From positions 1 through 62,727 of IMG/VR virus record IMGVR_UViG_3300009703_000018: DNA of 62,727 nucleotides, one strand, 5' to 3'. Source of the stretch: a virus. Lineage: Duplodnaviria > Caudoviricetes. The notes beneath the pieces were generated by a model. The model did no database searches, had not been told where the DNA came from, and was given only the letters and a program-made list of their open reading frames with translations. The stretch's first letter is position 1, and each line of letters opens with the position of its first letter. Positions 44,649 to 54,773 of the stretch are shown piece by piece. A program made the position numbers and the translations under genes.

Positions 44649-47291
44649 ATGGCAACTTATGAAGCAAAAGCTACATTAGCAACAAAAGCTTACTTTGGTA
44701 GAAACGGTGTTGCTACCCTTGCATCTGTAGCTCACATTAAAGGCTCTTTACATAAATCGGGAGAAACTAACTCCATCGGTCTTGTAATGCTGGGTGCTGT
44801 AGAACTTAACGCATCCAGAGATGTAATACCTAGCGGAACCAATAGGGAATATGGCTATTGGCGTGGCGGGTATAATAAGACCTTTCTTAATAAATTCGAT
44901 CAAGCATTTTTCCCTTTAGAGGGAAGTGGTCTATATGCTGGCGTTCCACAAGTTACCGTAACCCAAAAATCAACAGGAGGAGGAGACGAATCCGAAGGTG
45001 GCACTTGTGCCGATGGCGTAGGTGAGGGTGGCTGTGTCTGGATGTGGGACGGAGCTGAGTGGGATCTGTATGCTGATATGTGTGCAGACGGTGGTAAACC
45101 GGGGTGTGGTTGTGAAGGTACAAACCCAACCTACGCTGGAACCATGATGATGGAGATGGTGTCCATTGATTGTGTAGGAGGAAGCACTTCCTCAAGCGCG
45201 GGTGGTGTTGGTAATAATGTGGGTTACGCAGAGTGGGCTAAGGCCGGTACTCTAACTGAAAGTCTAGGCCAACAGGCTCCACAACAAAGAGCGTTATTCT
45301 TATCTAAGAGATCTTTCGTCAGTGCTGGTAGCGGAGTCGATTTAACTCAAAGTACAGGCTATTCAGTTTACGCTAAAGTTGTTCCTAGTGGTGATATTAC
45401 AGGAACAGTAATAATAGCTCAACATAGAGAAGACCCAGCTCAGTTCATTCTTGGTTGTGATTATGATGGTAAATATTACATTAGGTCTGACCACGTAGTG
45501 TCTGGCGTAAATAACGCTGTTTACGCTAAATCTAACAAAGGTTTTGAAGATTACGACCATCCAGCGCACGTAATTGGAGTTTATGCATCTGGAGATTCAA
45601 AGTTAAAAATATATGTTAACGGCCAAAAAGAAGGTGAGTCTCATGCGTTTATTAGAGATAAAAAGAGAGGCTCAAATAGCAATGTTGTATTAGGAAAAAG
45701 AGAGTTTGGTCTAGCCGAAAGAGGTTTCACGGGCTGGGTTGACGAAGCAGGGGTTAGCTCCCAAAGTTTTAAATCAGAAGATATTAAAAAGTTTCGTAAT
45801 AACACATTTAACATCACCGATCTTATATTTAATGCGAAGGTCACCCCAACAGGCGATAGTGGCTTTTCTGGATCGGACTTTGGCGATCTTGGTATAGACG
45901 CTCTTAATGATACCTTTATTGAATTTGTTGTTGATTCTGGTGTAGTAGGTGATCTTAATCCAACCGGAGCAAGAGGCGGTGCTTACGAAAAGGAGTTGTG
46001 GGGGCAAGAAAACTTCGCAATATCATCAGTTTTAACCTTTGACTTAACAGAAATTCCAACCAGATTTTATTCACTGCAAGACTTGTCTGTTGATGTTTGG
46101 GTTGAACACCTTACTAACCATCCAAGTGGCGCTGATTTGTCTGCAAGGTTAATACACAAAGATAAACACGCAGACGATAGAAACCTAATGTGGCATGCTT
46201 CAGGCGTGTCAGTTCCTTCCGGCTCAAAAAGATTCATACAATTTACACACCCATTAAAACACTCGCAGCACTATAGAGGTGGTTCTAGAGACTTTAGACA
46301 GGATTTTGATGATCATCAAATAGAGCTTATTGTTAAATACCCTAAGACTACTTTACCTTATGATGCTCACTTCAAGGTATTTTCTAGTAAGTTAAGCTTC
46401 ACTAGTTATGACACTCTAGCTTCGTTTAACACAATTCAAGGTTTGACGGAAAAGGGCGTTGTTAAGGGTCACGGTGCTTTAGACATCGACGGAAATCTTA
46501 TCTCTCTTACAACGGGCGATAGAAGCCTAACCTTGTATTCGCTTGGTGCTTCACCAATACCTTCAAGCACCACGATGAATATGTTCGTCGATGTCGGCAC
46601 CGCTGATCAAGCCCTAAACTTGGTTCTGAACCATGATTTAGAAACAGACATGGGTAACAGTGCTGTAGCTATAATGTCTGGAAGAGGTTCTGTATCTAGC
46701 AACTATGATATGAACCTGTTCACCAAAGGTGGTTTATTTGACAGAAGAATAACCCTTTTCCTTAAAACAAATGATCCAGCTTCAGCCTTTTCTCCAACAC
46801 TCCCTCTGGAAATAGCTGGTACGGAATTAGCGTACCCAAGAGACCAAAAGCTGATGGATTTGTACTTGTTTGCTAGTACGGGTCGCGGATCTCCTTCTGG
46901 TGAAATGAATTTGGTTATGCCAAAAACTATGTCTGGGCCATTCTTTGATAAAAGACTTTTGTTTGTTGAGGGTAGACAGCCTGCATCAGACATACCTTTA
47001 TATGTTCAGGTTAATGAGTCTGGAATAAAAACTATACCACTTTATACCGTAGGCCCAGACCTTTATAATGGAAGTGGTATAATGAATTTATTTGTAAAGC
47101 AAAAAACTTATTTTGGAACCTCAAGTATAAATGCAATACCTACAATAGTTGGCACTGGCCATATACCACTATATATTCAAGGTCATGGATTCTTGGGTTC
47201 AACAAGCACAACATCAACAAATTTTGTAATTCCAAACACTTTAGGTTCTGGAACGAACACAACAACACTTACTACAAGAGGGTATTTATAA
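44649..47291 (+). CDS. Tail protein with LamG/ConA-like domain, 6-Cys module and C-terminal beta repeats
   Basis: HVIGVY...LKIYVNG...LG...FTGWVDE LamG motifs; repeated [MIL]xL[FY] units. Confidence 0.7.
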   Translation: MATYEAKATLATKAYFGRNGVATLASVAHIKGSLHKSGETNSIGLVMLGAVELNASRDVIPSGTNREYGYWRGGYNKTFLNKFDQAFFPLEGSGLYAGVPQVTVTQKSTGGGDESEGGTCADGVGEGGCVWMWDGAEWDLYADMCADGGKPGCGCEGTNPTYAGTMMMEMVSIDCVGGSTSSSAGGVGNNVGYAEWAKAGTLTESLGQQAPQQRALFLSKRSFVSAGSGVDLTQSTGYSVYAKVVPSGDITGTVIIAQHREDPAQFILGCDYDGKYYIRSDHVVSGVNNAVYAKSNKGFEDYDHPAHVIGVYASGDSKLKIYVNGQKEGESHAFIRDKKRGSNSNVVLGKREFGLAERGFTGWVDEAGVSSQSFKSEDIKKFRNNTFNITDLIFNAKVTPTGDSGFSGSDFGDLGIDALNDTFIEFVVDSGVVGDLNPTGARGGAYEKELWGQENFAISSVLTFDLTEIPTRFYSLQDLSVDVWVEHLTNHPSGADLSARLIHKDKHADDRNLMWHASGVSVPSGSKRFIQFTHPLKHSQHYRGGSRDFRQDFDDHQIELIVKYPKTTLPYDAHFKVFSSKLSFTSYDTLASFNTIQGLTEKGVVKGHGALDIDGNLISLTTGDRSLTLYSLGASPIPSSTTMNMFVDVGTADQALNLVLNHDLETDMGNSAVAIMSGRGSVSSNYDMNLFTKGGLFDRRITLFLKTNDPASAFSPTLPLEIAGTELAYPRDQKLMDLYLFASTGRGSPSGEMNLVMPKTMSGPFFDKRLLFVEGRQPASDIPLYVQVNESGIKTIPLYTVGPDLYNGSGIMNLFVKQKTYFGTSSINAIPTIVGTGHIPLYIQGHGFLGSTSTTSTNFVIPNTLGSGTNTTTLTTRGYL

Positions 47292-49744
47292 TGCCTATTA
47301 GATTTATAGACAGAGATGAAAAATATAGATATCTAGAACCAGCACCATTTGTTAACTTAAGTAAAAGTTATCAAAAACAAGGTGATGGTGAAATTGTAGG
47401 TTCTAGCTACTCAATAACATTAACCGGCAAACTTCTTGCTACAAGAGGTTCTCCATTTCATGAAGGTACGGATCACGCAAAAGTCCAAACAGATAGTGGT
47501 TGGTGGAGTGGGGCAACAAATCCTGTTAGAAATGGAACCACTGAGAAGTATCCCCTTCATGGAACGTATGATGCCACCCTAGATGAAGACGGGAATCCTA
47601 AAGGAACTACCGTAATAGGTGAAAATAAGTGGTACAAAGCATTACAATTTAAACAAAAATTACTATCAAACTTATTCTCTAAAGAAAATGAAGGATTAAG
47701 ACTTGAGGTTATTCCACCATCTGAAGATGGAGAAGGTGGTTTTATTGCATTTGTTAAATTTGAGAGTCTTGACTTACCCGGACATGCACCCGGAAATCCA
47801 AATATCATTGACTATACTATTAACCTAACCGCTGACTATTTACTTGGCCCAGATGGTCAGCTGCTTGATCGTGATGATTGGGAAGCCGGAAGTCAAGATG
47901 ATAATCAAGGATATAGAGGGTGGTTGATTTCATCCGCTAGTGAGTCTTATGATATAGCAGAGGGTGATGCATCTTCAATGGTGTATGATCGCAAATTAAT
48001 GTATGGAAGAGGTACGGGTAGCACTGCTGGTGAGTTAATGGCTCAAAGAAAAACCTTTACTCTCACTAGAACAATAAGCGCTACAGGTAAAAGTAAATGG
48101 AATAGAGAAACCACTAAAGCAGATGGTCTAAAGGGTTTTGGTGATGCTACTGGAAATAGATTCGATCAAAAGTATGCTCATAATGGACGAGCTTGGCAAC
48201 AAGCAAGAGGGTTTATTTATAACAAAATTACTTATGGTTGTAACTATCTTTTTGGTACAGATAACTCAAGCGCTTTGCGTAAGGGTGGAACTGAATACGA
48301 AACTGACGAAGATTCTTCTGGTAAGAACCAACCACCAACTGGTGATAGTAGAGTCAGCGAACAACCCAAAGATCCAGATGATATCCATTTGTTTGGTCTT
48401 AATCTACCAGTACCTACTAATACTAATGACGAAGAGATAGATCAATATAAAGCATATAATTATACAAGAACTCAACAGGCTGATGTTAGAGGTGGTAACT
48501 TTAGCGTAACAGAAACTTGGGTTCTTGCTCCCAAAAACATTAGAGCTTTAGAGTCTGTTGATTTTAGTATATCAGAAGACACAAACACTGGATTAGCAAG
48601 CGTTACTATTAATGGAACTATTGTTGGTCTTCTTGATAATGCCGATATGTGGAGTGCGAGTGGCACAACTGGTGTTGGAAAATCAACCAATCCAGACAGA
48701 GACCCTCTTAGGCCAGCAGATGTCGATGAAAATTTTGGTGGCGTAGATGGTGATGGCACTGGATCAATAGGAACTGGTGGCCCTGATCATGCAATAAAAA
48801 ATCAGCCAGTAAGTAAATATCATAATGCGCTACGTCATTATCATTTGATATTGCCGTTCATGGCTACAACGGCTCAGAAGCTGATGGATGATGTTCCAGA
48901 ATATTCAGGGTTAACTATCAATCCTGTTCCAAGAGCCAAAACAGTAGCACAACAAATTGGTACTGGGACTATTACTTATTCATTAAGCTATGAACTTAAA
49001 AATAGAAATATAGTTCCCTATGTTCGTAACGAAACGCTTACGGTGAATGAAACCTATCCGGGCCATGTTGCTGCTCAACATGTAGTTCTTGGCAGGAGGC
49101 TAGGGCCAGTACTTCAAACCATAGGAACTCAAACCCAGTGGCAAAGAGATATTAGTATTACATTAAATGTAGATGTTCACAGGGAAAAGATATGCGTAGA
49201 TTCTCATAATCAAATACAGCCAAATATTGGGGATGAGGATACATGTACAGGAACGGCTGGAACCAAACCAGCAACAGACGAAACCATACCTGATTCTAAA
49301 GACATGTATAATGACAATTATAGATGGGTTGAAAATCCAAATTATGTGTCGGCTCAGGGAGGTAGTACAGCCTTTACTTCTACAAGGGATATATCATTAT
49401 CAAAACCCTCTGCTGGTATGATATATGTTAATGGCGCTGCGGGTGTTGGTGGAGCAGGCACTAAAAGTTTTGCTCTTAAACAACAATCATCTGCCATAAA
49501 AGCTCTAATTGATTCTTTTAACCCATCCAGTTTTTACGAAAAGGGTGGAGCGGTTCCCAACATTACAAGAAAGTCATATTCAAATGCTCCAAGCGAAAGC
49601 TGGAATCCAAAGACTGGAGAATATAGTTATAATATTAGTTGGGTTTATGAAATAAATGATCCTTGGCAATTCCCAACTACAGATTACTTGGCTGGGCTTA
49701 ACAATGATTACCTAATTCAAGACCAGCCCGGAACGGAGATATAA
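47291..49744 (+). CDS. Tail-tip structural protein (distal-tail-like)
   Basis: Beta-rich (YSITLTG, SYNISW); downstream of the tape measure gene; TAATG coupling. Confidence 0.55.
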   Translation: MPIRFIDRDEKYRYLEPAPFVNLSKSYQKQGDGEIVGSSYSITLTGKLLATRGSPFHEGTDHAKVQTDSGWWSGATNPVRNGTTEKYPLHGTYDATLDEDGNPKGTTVIGENKWYKALQFKQKLLSNLFSKENEGLRLEVIPPSEDGEGGFIAFVKFESLDLPGHAPGNPNIIDYTINLTADYLLGPDGQLLDRDDWEAGSQDDNQGYRGWLISSASESYDIAEGDASSMVYDRKLMYGRGTGSTAGELMAQRKTFTLTRTISATGKSKWNRETTKADGLKGFGDATGNRFDQKYAHNGRAWQQARGFIYNKITYGCNYLFGTDNSSALRKGGTEYETDEDSSGKNQPPTGDSRVSEQPKDPDDIHLFGLNLPVPTNTNDEEIDQYKAYNYTRTQQADVRGGNFSVTETWVLAPKNIRALESVDFSISEDTNTGLASVTINGTIVGLLDNADMWSASGTTGVGKSTNPDRDPLRPADVDENFGGVDGDGTGSIGTGGPDHAIKNQPVSKYHNALRHYHLILPFMATTAQKLMDDVPEYSGLTINPVPRAKTVAQQIGTGTITYSLSYELKNRNIVPYVRNETLTVNETYPGHVAAQHVVLGRRLGPVLQTIGTQTQWQRDISITLNVDVHREKICVDSHNQIQPNIGDEDTCTGTAGTKPATDETIPDSKDMYNDNYRWVENPNYVSAQGGSTAFTSTRDISLSKPSAGMIYVNGAAGVGGAGTKSFALKQQSSAIKALIDSFNPSSFYEKGGAVPNITRKSYSNAPSESWNPKTGEYSYNISWVYEINDPWQFPTTDYLAGLNNDYLIQDQPGTEI

Positions 49745-49745
49745 A

Positions 49746-52700
49746 ATGTCTTGCGGATTTGATCCAAATACATACCCGCCAAAAAATCCTGTTGTTCAGC
49801 AAACCTTTATGGGTTTGTCGATTATGGATTTTAGTATCAATCTTGGTTTTAATTCTAATAGCTCTTCGCTATCTGTTAACCTAGTTAAAGATGATGCTAA
49901 CTACCATACATGGTTGGATTTAAATGGTTGTAGAGATGCTGTAACTGAAGGGTATCACCCTTGGGACAAAAAAGCCTATCCTAAAGACCTCATTGCTCTT
50001 TATGGTGGAACTCCTCCTTACCCATTACACAAACAAGATATAAGTGGAGACCTTCCGTATTTTCCACTACCGGGATCTCCAGTGTATTTTAATTACTATG
50101 ACGGTAATGCCTTAACGTCATCTTGTACTGGAGCTGTCTATAGAAACTGCGAGCCTGCTTTTAGTTTTCCCGGCATCTTGACTAAATATGATAGAGCTTG
50201 GAGTTCCTCTGGAGAAACTTATAGCGTATCAATAACTGATCCAAGACAAATACTAGAAAACACAAAGATCATATTAGATGGTTATGCTGGTAGATCTGCT
50301 CCTGCTGATGGATGGTTCAATGTTGATTCTACTAGAACGTTTGATGAAGGTTGGAATGGGTATTACAACATAATCAATGTTTTTGGATACTACGAAAACC
50401 ACAGGTTTCAGGTTTCAGGAAAAACAAGCGGTGGTATGGAGTGGTTTGCTCCCGGTTCAGGCCCGCTTACAAATGAATATGGAGCAAGCACTTTTAGAGG
50501 TATTTTACCAGCCGTAGACTTTTTGATTAGTGGTACAAATAAAAACTATATAGAAGCAATGGAGCCTTTTGGTGGCCCTATTTATTACAACGAAGATGTT
50601 AGGCAGCTAGGGTTCGGAGGTTCAACAAACCCACCATTTGGATTGCAAAAAAACCTTAGTACAGGCTTACCATACAATGTTCATAGATACGCTGTGGATC
50701 TAAGTGATCTATATAATCTTAGCGCTTATTGGAATCCAAACCCACCAGCGCCGGGAATTTTGCCAGATGATTTTAGAATATCTGGTGAAAGCATGTCTTT
50801 ACTTCAACTTGTTCAGCAAGTGTGTGATCAAGCCGGATGTGATTTCTTTGTCTGGCTTTATGTGCCGAGACATCCCGGTATGAATTTATGGAATACCCAT
50901 AGAAACTATTCTGGCATTATCAAAGTAACGCCAATTCGCAAAGATCTAAATATTAGAACAGGCATTCTTAGGGATGCATTTGATCAATCTATAATGGTTC
51001 CTCCTAAAGGCCCGTGGGTAGACGGAGAACAAAATTCAACTCTTGTAAGTGCCAATCTTGGGTATGAATTTACAGATCCAATGTCAGGACAAATGTTATT
51101 GGGCGCACCAAGAACAAGAGTCGTTGGTGTTACCCCGTTGGGTAATTATAAACATAGACCAGAGCTTTGGTTTAAAAAAGCCACAAACGCATACCTAGAT
51201 GGAGTTCCAGATAAAGACGTTGATGATGTTTTAAAAGAGTTTCTGCCATCTTCAGAAAACGATGGTGTTCACTTACATCTTAATCAGTTCCCAAAGGATG
51301 AATTTTCTGACAAAGAAGAACGTGGTTGGAATCCCTACAGCGATACATCTGCTAAAGGTATAGATGGTAGGCCAGACTTCAAGCAAAACCTGCCAATGAT
51401 AAGCAATGATGATTATTTGCCGTGGGGTGGTCTTTGGGATGATTATGGCGGGGGAAATGGTGCTGACCCATTCCAACTTAATAGAATTAACTCTAAAGAG
51501 TGGGAAGAGGATGAGGAAGAAACAACTTCTGGAATGATAGACCTATATCCATGTTGGGGATTTACATCAGAAGAAAGTTCCATGCTTAGTGTGAGTCTTA
51601 ATGATATTATTGATCGTAAAACAACAGGAAGACCAATTAAGGGTCTTTGGTGGGATGACGATCCTTATAGAGACTTCCATCCAACAGATGGTATTTTTGG
51701 AACGTTAGAATTTTATAATCCCGGTCTTGGTAAGTGTGTAGCTATAAAAAATCCAGATGCTGATAAAGATGGCCAAGGAGAGAATTCAACTCAAGACGGA
51801 AACGCTACAACAATAAACTACACGGTAGGGCAGGTAATTCCCGGTTTAGCAAACAAACCCAAGCTCTGTGAATGTAACTATCGCGCCGCTTTAGAAACCA
51901 ACAATCCTGATGATCCATGTCTAAAACACGGAAACCCAATACCGGGGAAATTTATATCTCATTGCAAAACACATTCAACATGCACAACCCACGAGGGTGA
52001 AGAGGTTCAATCGTTTGGCAATGCTGCTGGTACGGGAAACAAATATCACCTATCAGAATTTGGTTGTACGAAAGGTTGTTTTGTAAAAGACAACAACGGT
52101 AAAGCAACTGGCGCACCAATTGTGGCTTATTACACAAGGGATTATGGTGAAGGAGCTAACAAGAAAACAAAAGGCTCACCCGCCTCGGCTAGCGATGAAG
52201 CTTGGTCAAAAACACCTCCCGGTTTGCCGGGATCTGCAATTAAATTTATTCTAAGTGATGAAGCATGTGCAGATTCTGCGACTTTATCTGGTACAGACAG
52301 AATAGTTGCTGGTGTAGACAAAACTGGAACAGCACCAGAAACAGACGTTTTTAAAATGAATATGTTTAAAAAATCTGGTGGCTTATACAGTAGCCAATGT
52401 ATAGGAGTTGGTAGTAGAAAATTGTGTCTCAGTCATTGTCATGATGCTCAAGGGAAAATGACAACTGAATTAAATCCAACAAAATGCAAAGAACAAGGCA
52501 ATACATGGTTTGATGCTTTAACAGAAAACTGCAATGGTTTTACTGACAATATAACTGGAAAGTCAATAACGAAAGATCAAAACCCCTCGCCCGGATACTC
52601 TAATGTAAGAACAAGAGCCGTAAAAAATTCTAAAGACGAACTAATACCTATTCAACCTAGAACGGCAACAATACCAATTGATCTGAGTAAAATAGGATTT

Positions 52701-54764
52701 GAAGGCGGGCCGAATGGCAATCGGAATTACGGTGCAGGTGGGGCAAGGTACTGGTACTATGCAACGGTTTCAGAACTTAGACACGCCGCTGTGAGTAAAG
52801 ATTCTTGGATTTCCTATCTTTCTCAACTAGGTCAGTTCCTTCCTTGTCAGATGTTTTCTCAAAATCCAGACCCTACAAGTAAATGGAAAGAGCTATGCAA
52901 GCAACATCATAATCTTGCAATCAAGGGCGGCGCTAGTGAAACCGATATGGCAGCACAAGGAAATCTCCAAAACTATGGTCAGGGGGCTAATGGTAGCATA
53001 ATCACAACAGCCACTAGATCACATTCTGGAAATCAAACAACGGCAGCGGGTCATGCCGCTGGTGGATTCCCCTGTGGGGAAGAAATGAAGTGGCAGCAAC
53101 TGAGTCCCTATGAAAAAACTACAATGGAGCTGGATATTGCATATAAAAAAATCCAAGAGGTTGCTACGCAATACTACGGCAGAAAATACTTAATGCCACT
53201 CCCTTTTAATCCACCTACAAATCACACATGTTCTAAACCTAACTTAGGTGAAGATGATTGTGAAGAGCAGGGGTTTGATTGGGGGCCACATGGAATGCTT
53301 AGCGATTGGTTTGCTAAGTTCGGAGTTGGTTTTTGCGATGGTGGTAATGGTTTTGAAGCAGATCGTGCAACTTGTTCGGCTAATGGTGGTTTTTGGAACG
53401 ATCCAACAGAAGAGATAAACAAGTGGGAAATTGTTGGTGCTGGATGGCCCGGAGAAGATAATCCTTTAGACTCTAGAAAATATGATTCCAGTTATCCTAA
53501 AAATATGAACTTTTGGTCAGCAGATGGAAATTTAGAATCATATGTTGTTTACCCCGAATATCCACGGCAGCACTTTTCCGGTCTCAGCCATGATCTTGAT
53601 TTTAGAGGTGTAGATCCAGAATCAACGTCAGTTGAAGGCAATTTCACGGCACTGAATGATAAAGTAATGGAAATCCCCTACTCGCGTCGATTTGTTAAAT
53701 CGCAAGTAGATCCTAAAACCCATTGGTTGCCAACAAGAGCAGATTGGGAACTTCAAAACGAAAAACAGTATTATATGTTTAGAACTGGAGATCCAAATAG
53801 CAAAGAAAGAACAGTAGAAATTGGTGATGACCAAAACGGTAATACAGTTACGCTTAAAATAAATACACCAGAAGATTACGCTAAAATAGGCCCAGAAGAC
53901 AACATAAAAGAACTTAAGGGTATGGGAGAGGAAGAAAGACCTGTATTTATTAAGGGTGAGGATGCTTCAGACGAATATAAAACTTTTCAGGCCATGAAGC
54001 CATATGCTCTTATAACTATACCGGCTGCTGTTTATTATGGAAGTGTAGACCGGAGAATATTGAGTACACATTTAGGAGGTGGTAAAAACGAAATATGTAT
54101 ACCTTTAGCAAAGTGCAAGAATGCAAACTGCTTAACTAGTGGGTGGTTGCAAGGACAAGACCCAAATGGAATTGCCATGCAACAATTACAAAGAATGGCT
54201 AAGAACGTAAAATCAATGCCTTTATTAGCCCCGGATTTAAGTAGAGGATCTTTAGCACCGGCTGCTTATAAACCTTGGCATGCAGCGGTTCCACAACAAA
54301 GTAAACACTATAAATGGGGGCCGTGGGCTTTGGGAGTACATTTTGGAAAGCCAGAATTCCAAATAGATGAAAGTGTTCATCCAGCAGCCTATGGTGGGGA
54401 AGCGAGAATGTCTCACTTTGCGATGAACAAAGTAAAGATGGCATTAAGCACAAGCCAAAGATATATAGAAACTGGAAGTGTTACTTTGGCTGGTTTACCA
54501 GCATATGCTTTTGGGAGTCAAATGCTTTTAAACATTAATGGTACAATAGAAGCTGGGCCATATGTTACAGACATGTCGATATCAATGGGAAGCAGTGGAT
54601 TAAACACAACCTATAACTTCTCAACAGAACGAAAATTTGGTGATCTTAGTAAGATGTATGAAGACAAAGTCAAGGATACTCAAAGAAAAATAATTACCAT
54701 GTACAAACGAATTGAAGACGAAACACAAAGAACTAGAAGAGGTAGAGATCAATACCGAAGATAG
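49746..54764 (+). CDS. Large baseplate hub/central tail-tip protein with Cys-rich inserts
   Basis: N-terminal FSINLGF..SSSLSVNLV, SLLQLVQQVCDQAG, C-terminal VTDMSISMGSSGLNTTYNF plus coiled coil; about 31 Cys. Confidence 0.6.
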   Translation: MSCGFDPNTYPPKNPVVQQTFMGLSIMDFSINLGFNSNSSSLSVNLVKDDANYHTWLDLNGCRDAVTEGYHPWDKKAYPKDLIALYGGTPPYPLHKQDISGDLPYFPLPGSPVYFNYYDGNALTSSCTGAVYRNCEPAFSFPGILTKYDRAWSSSGETYSVSITDPRQILENTKIILDGYAGRSAPADGWFNVDSTRTFDEGWNGYYNIINVFGYYENHRFQVSGKTSGGMEWFAPGSGPLTNEYGASTFRGILPAVDFLISGTNKNYIEAMEPFGGPIYYNEDVRQLGFGGSTNPPFGLQKNLSTGLPYNVHRYAVDLSDLYNLSAYWNPNPPAPGILPDDFRISGESMSLLQLVQQVCDQAGCDFFVWLYVPRHPGMNLWNTHRNYSGIIKVTPIRKDLNIRTGILRDAFDQSIMVPPKGPWVDGEQNSTLVSANLGYEFTDPMSGQMLLGAPRTRVVGVTPLGNYKHRPELWFKKATNAYLDGVPDKDVDDVLKEFLPSSENDGVHLHLNQFPKDEFSDKEERGWNPYSDTSAKGIDGRPDFKQNLPMISNDDYLPWGGLWDDYGGGNGADPFQLNRINSKEWEEDEEETTSGMIDLYPCWGFTSEESSMLSVSLNDIIDRKTTGRPIKGLWWDDDPYRDFHPTDGIFGTLEFYNPGLGKCVAIKNPDADKDGQGENSTQDGNATTINYTVGQVIPGLANKPKLCECNYRAALETNNPDDPCLKHGNPIPGKFISHCKTHSTCTTHEGEEVQSFGNAAGTGNKYHLSEFGCTKGCFVKDNNGKATGAPIVAYYTRDYGEGANKKTKGSPASASDEAWSKTPPGLPGSAIKFILSDEACADSATLSGTDRIVAGVDKTGTAPETDVFKMNMFKKSGGLYSSQCIGVGSRKLCLSHCHDAQGKMTTELNPTKCKEQGNTWFDALTENCNGFTDNITGKSITKDQNPSPGYSNVRTRAVKNSKDELIPIQPRTATIPIDLSKIGFEGGPNGNRNYGAGGARYWYYATVSELRHAAVSKDSWISYLSQLGQFLPCQMFSQNPDPTSKWKELCKQHHNLAIKGGASETDMAAQGNLQNYGQGANGSIITTATRSHSGNQTTAAGHAAGGFPCGEEMKWQQLSPYEKTTMELDIAYKKIQEVATQYYGRKYLMPLPFNPPTNHTCSKPNLGEDDCEEQGFDWGPHGMLSDWFAKFGVGFCDGGNGFEADRATCSANGGFWNDPTEEINKWEIVGAGWPGEDNPLDSRKYDSSYPKNMNFWSADGNLESYVVYPEYPRQHFSGLSHDLDFRGVDPESTSVEGNFTALNDKVMEIPYSRRFVKSQVDPKTHWLPTRADWELQNEKQYYMFRTGDPNSKERTVEIGDDQNGNTVTLKINTPEDYAKIGPEDNIKELKGMGEEERPVFIKGEDASDEYKTFQAMKPYALITIPAAVYYGSVDRRILSTHLGGGKNEICIPLAKCKNANCLTSGWLQGQDPNGIAMQQLQRMAKNVKSMPLLAPDLSRGSLAPAAYKPWHAAVPQQSKHYKWGPWALGVHFGKPEFQIDESVHPAAYGGEARMSHFAMNKVKMALSTSQRYIETGSVTLAGLPAYAFGSQMLLNINGTIEAGPYVTDMSISMGSSGLNTTYNFSTERKFGDLSKMYEDKVKDTQRKIITMYKRIEDETQRTRRGRDQYRR

Positions 54765-54773
54765 AGAAACAAA

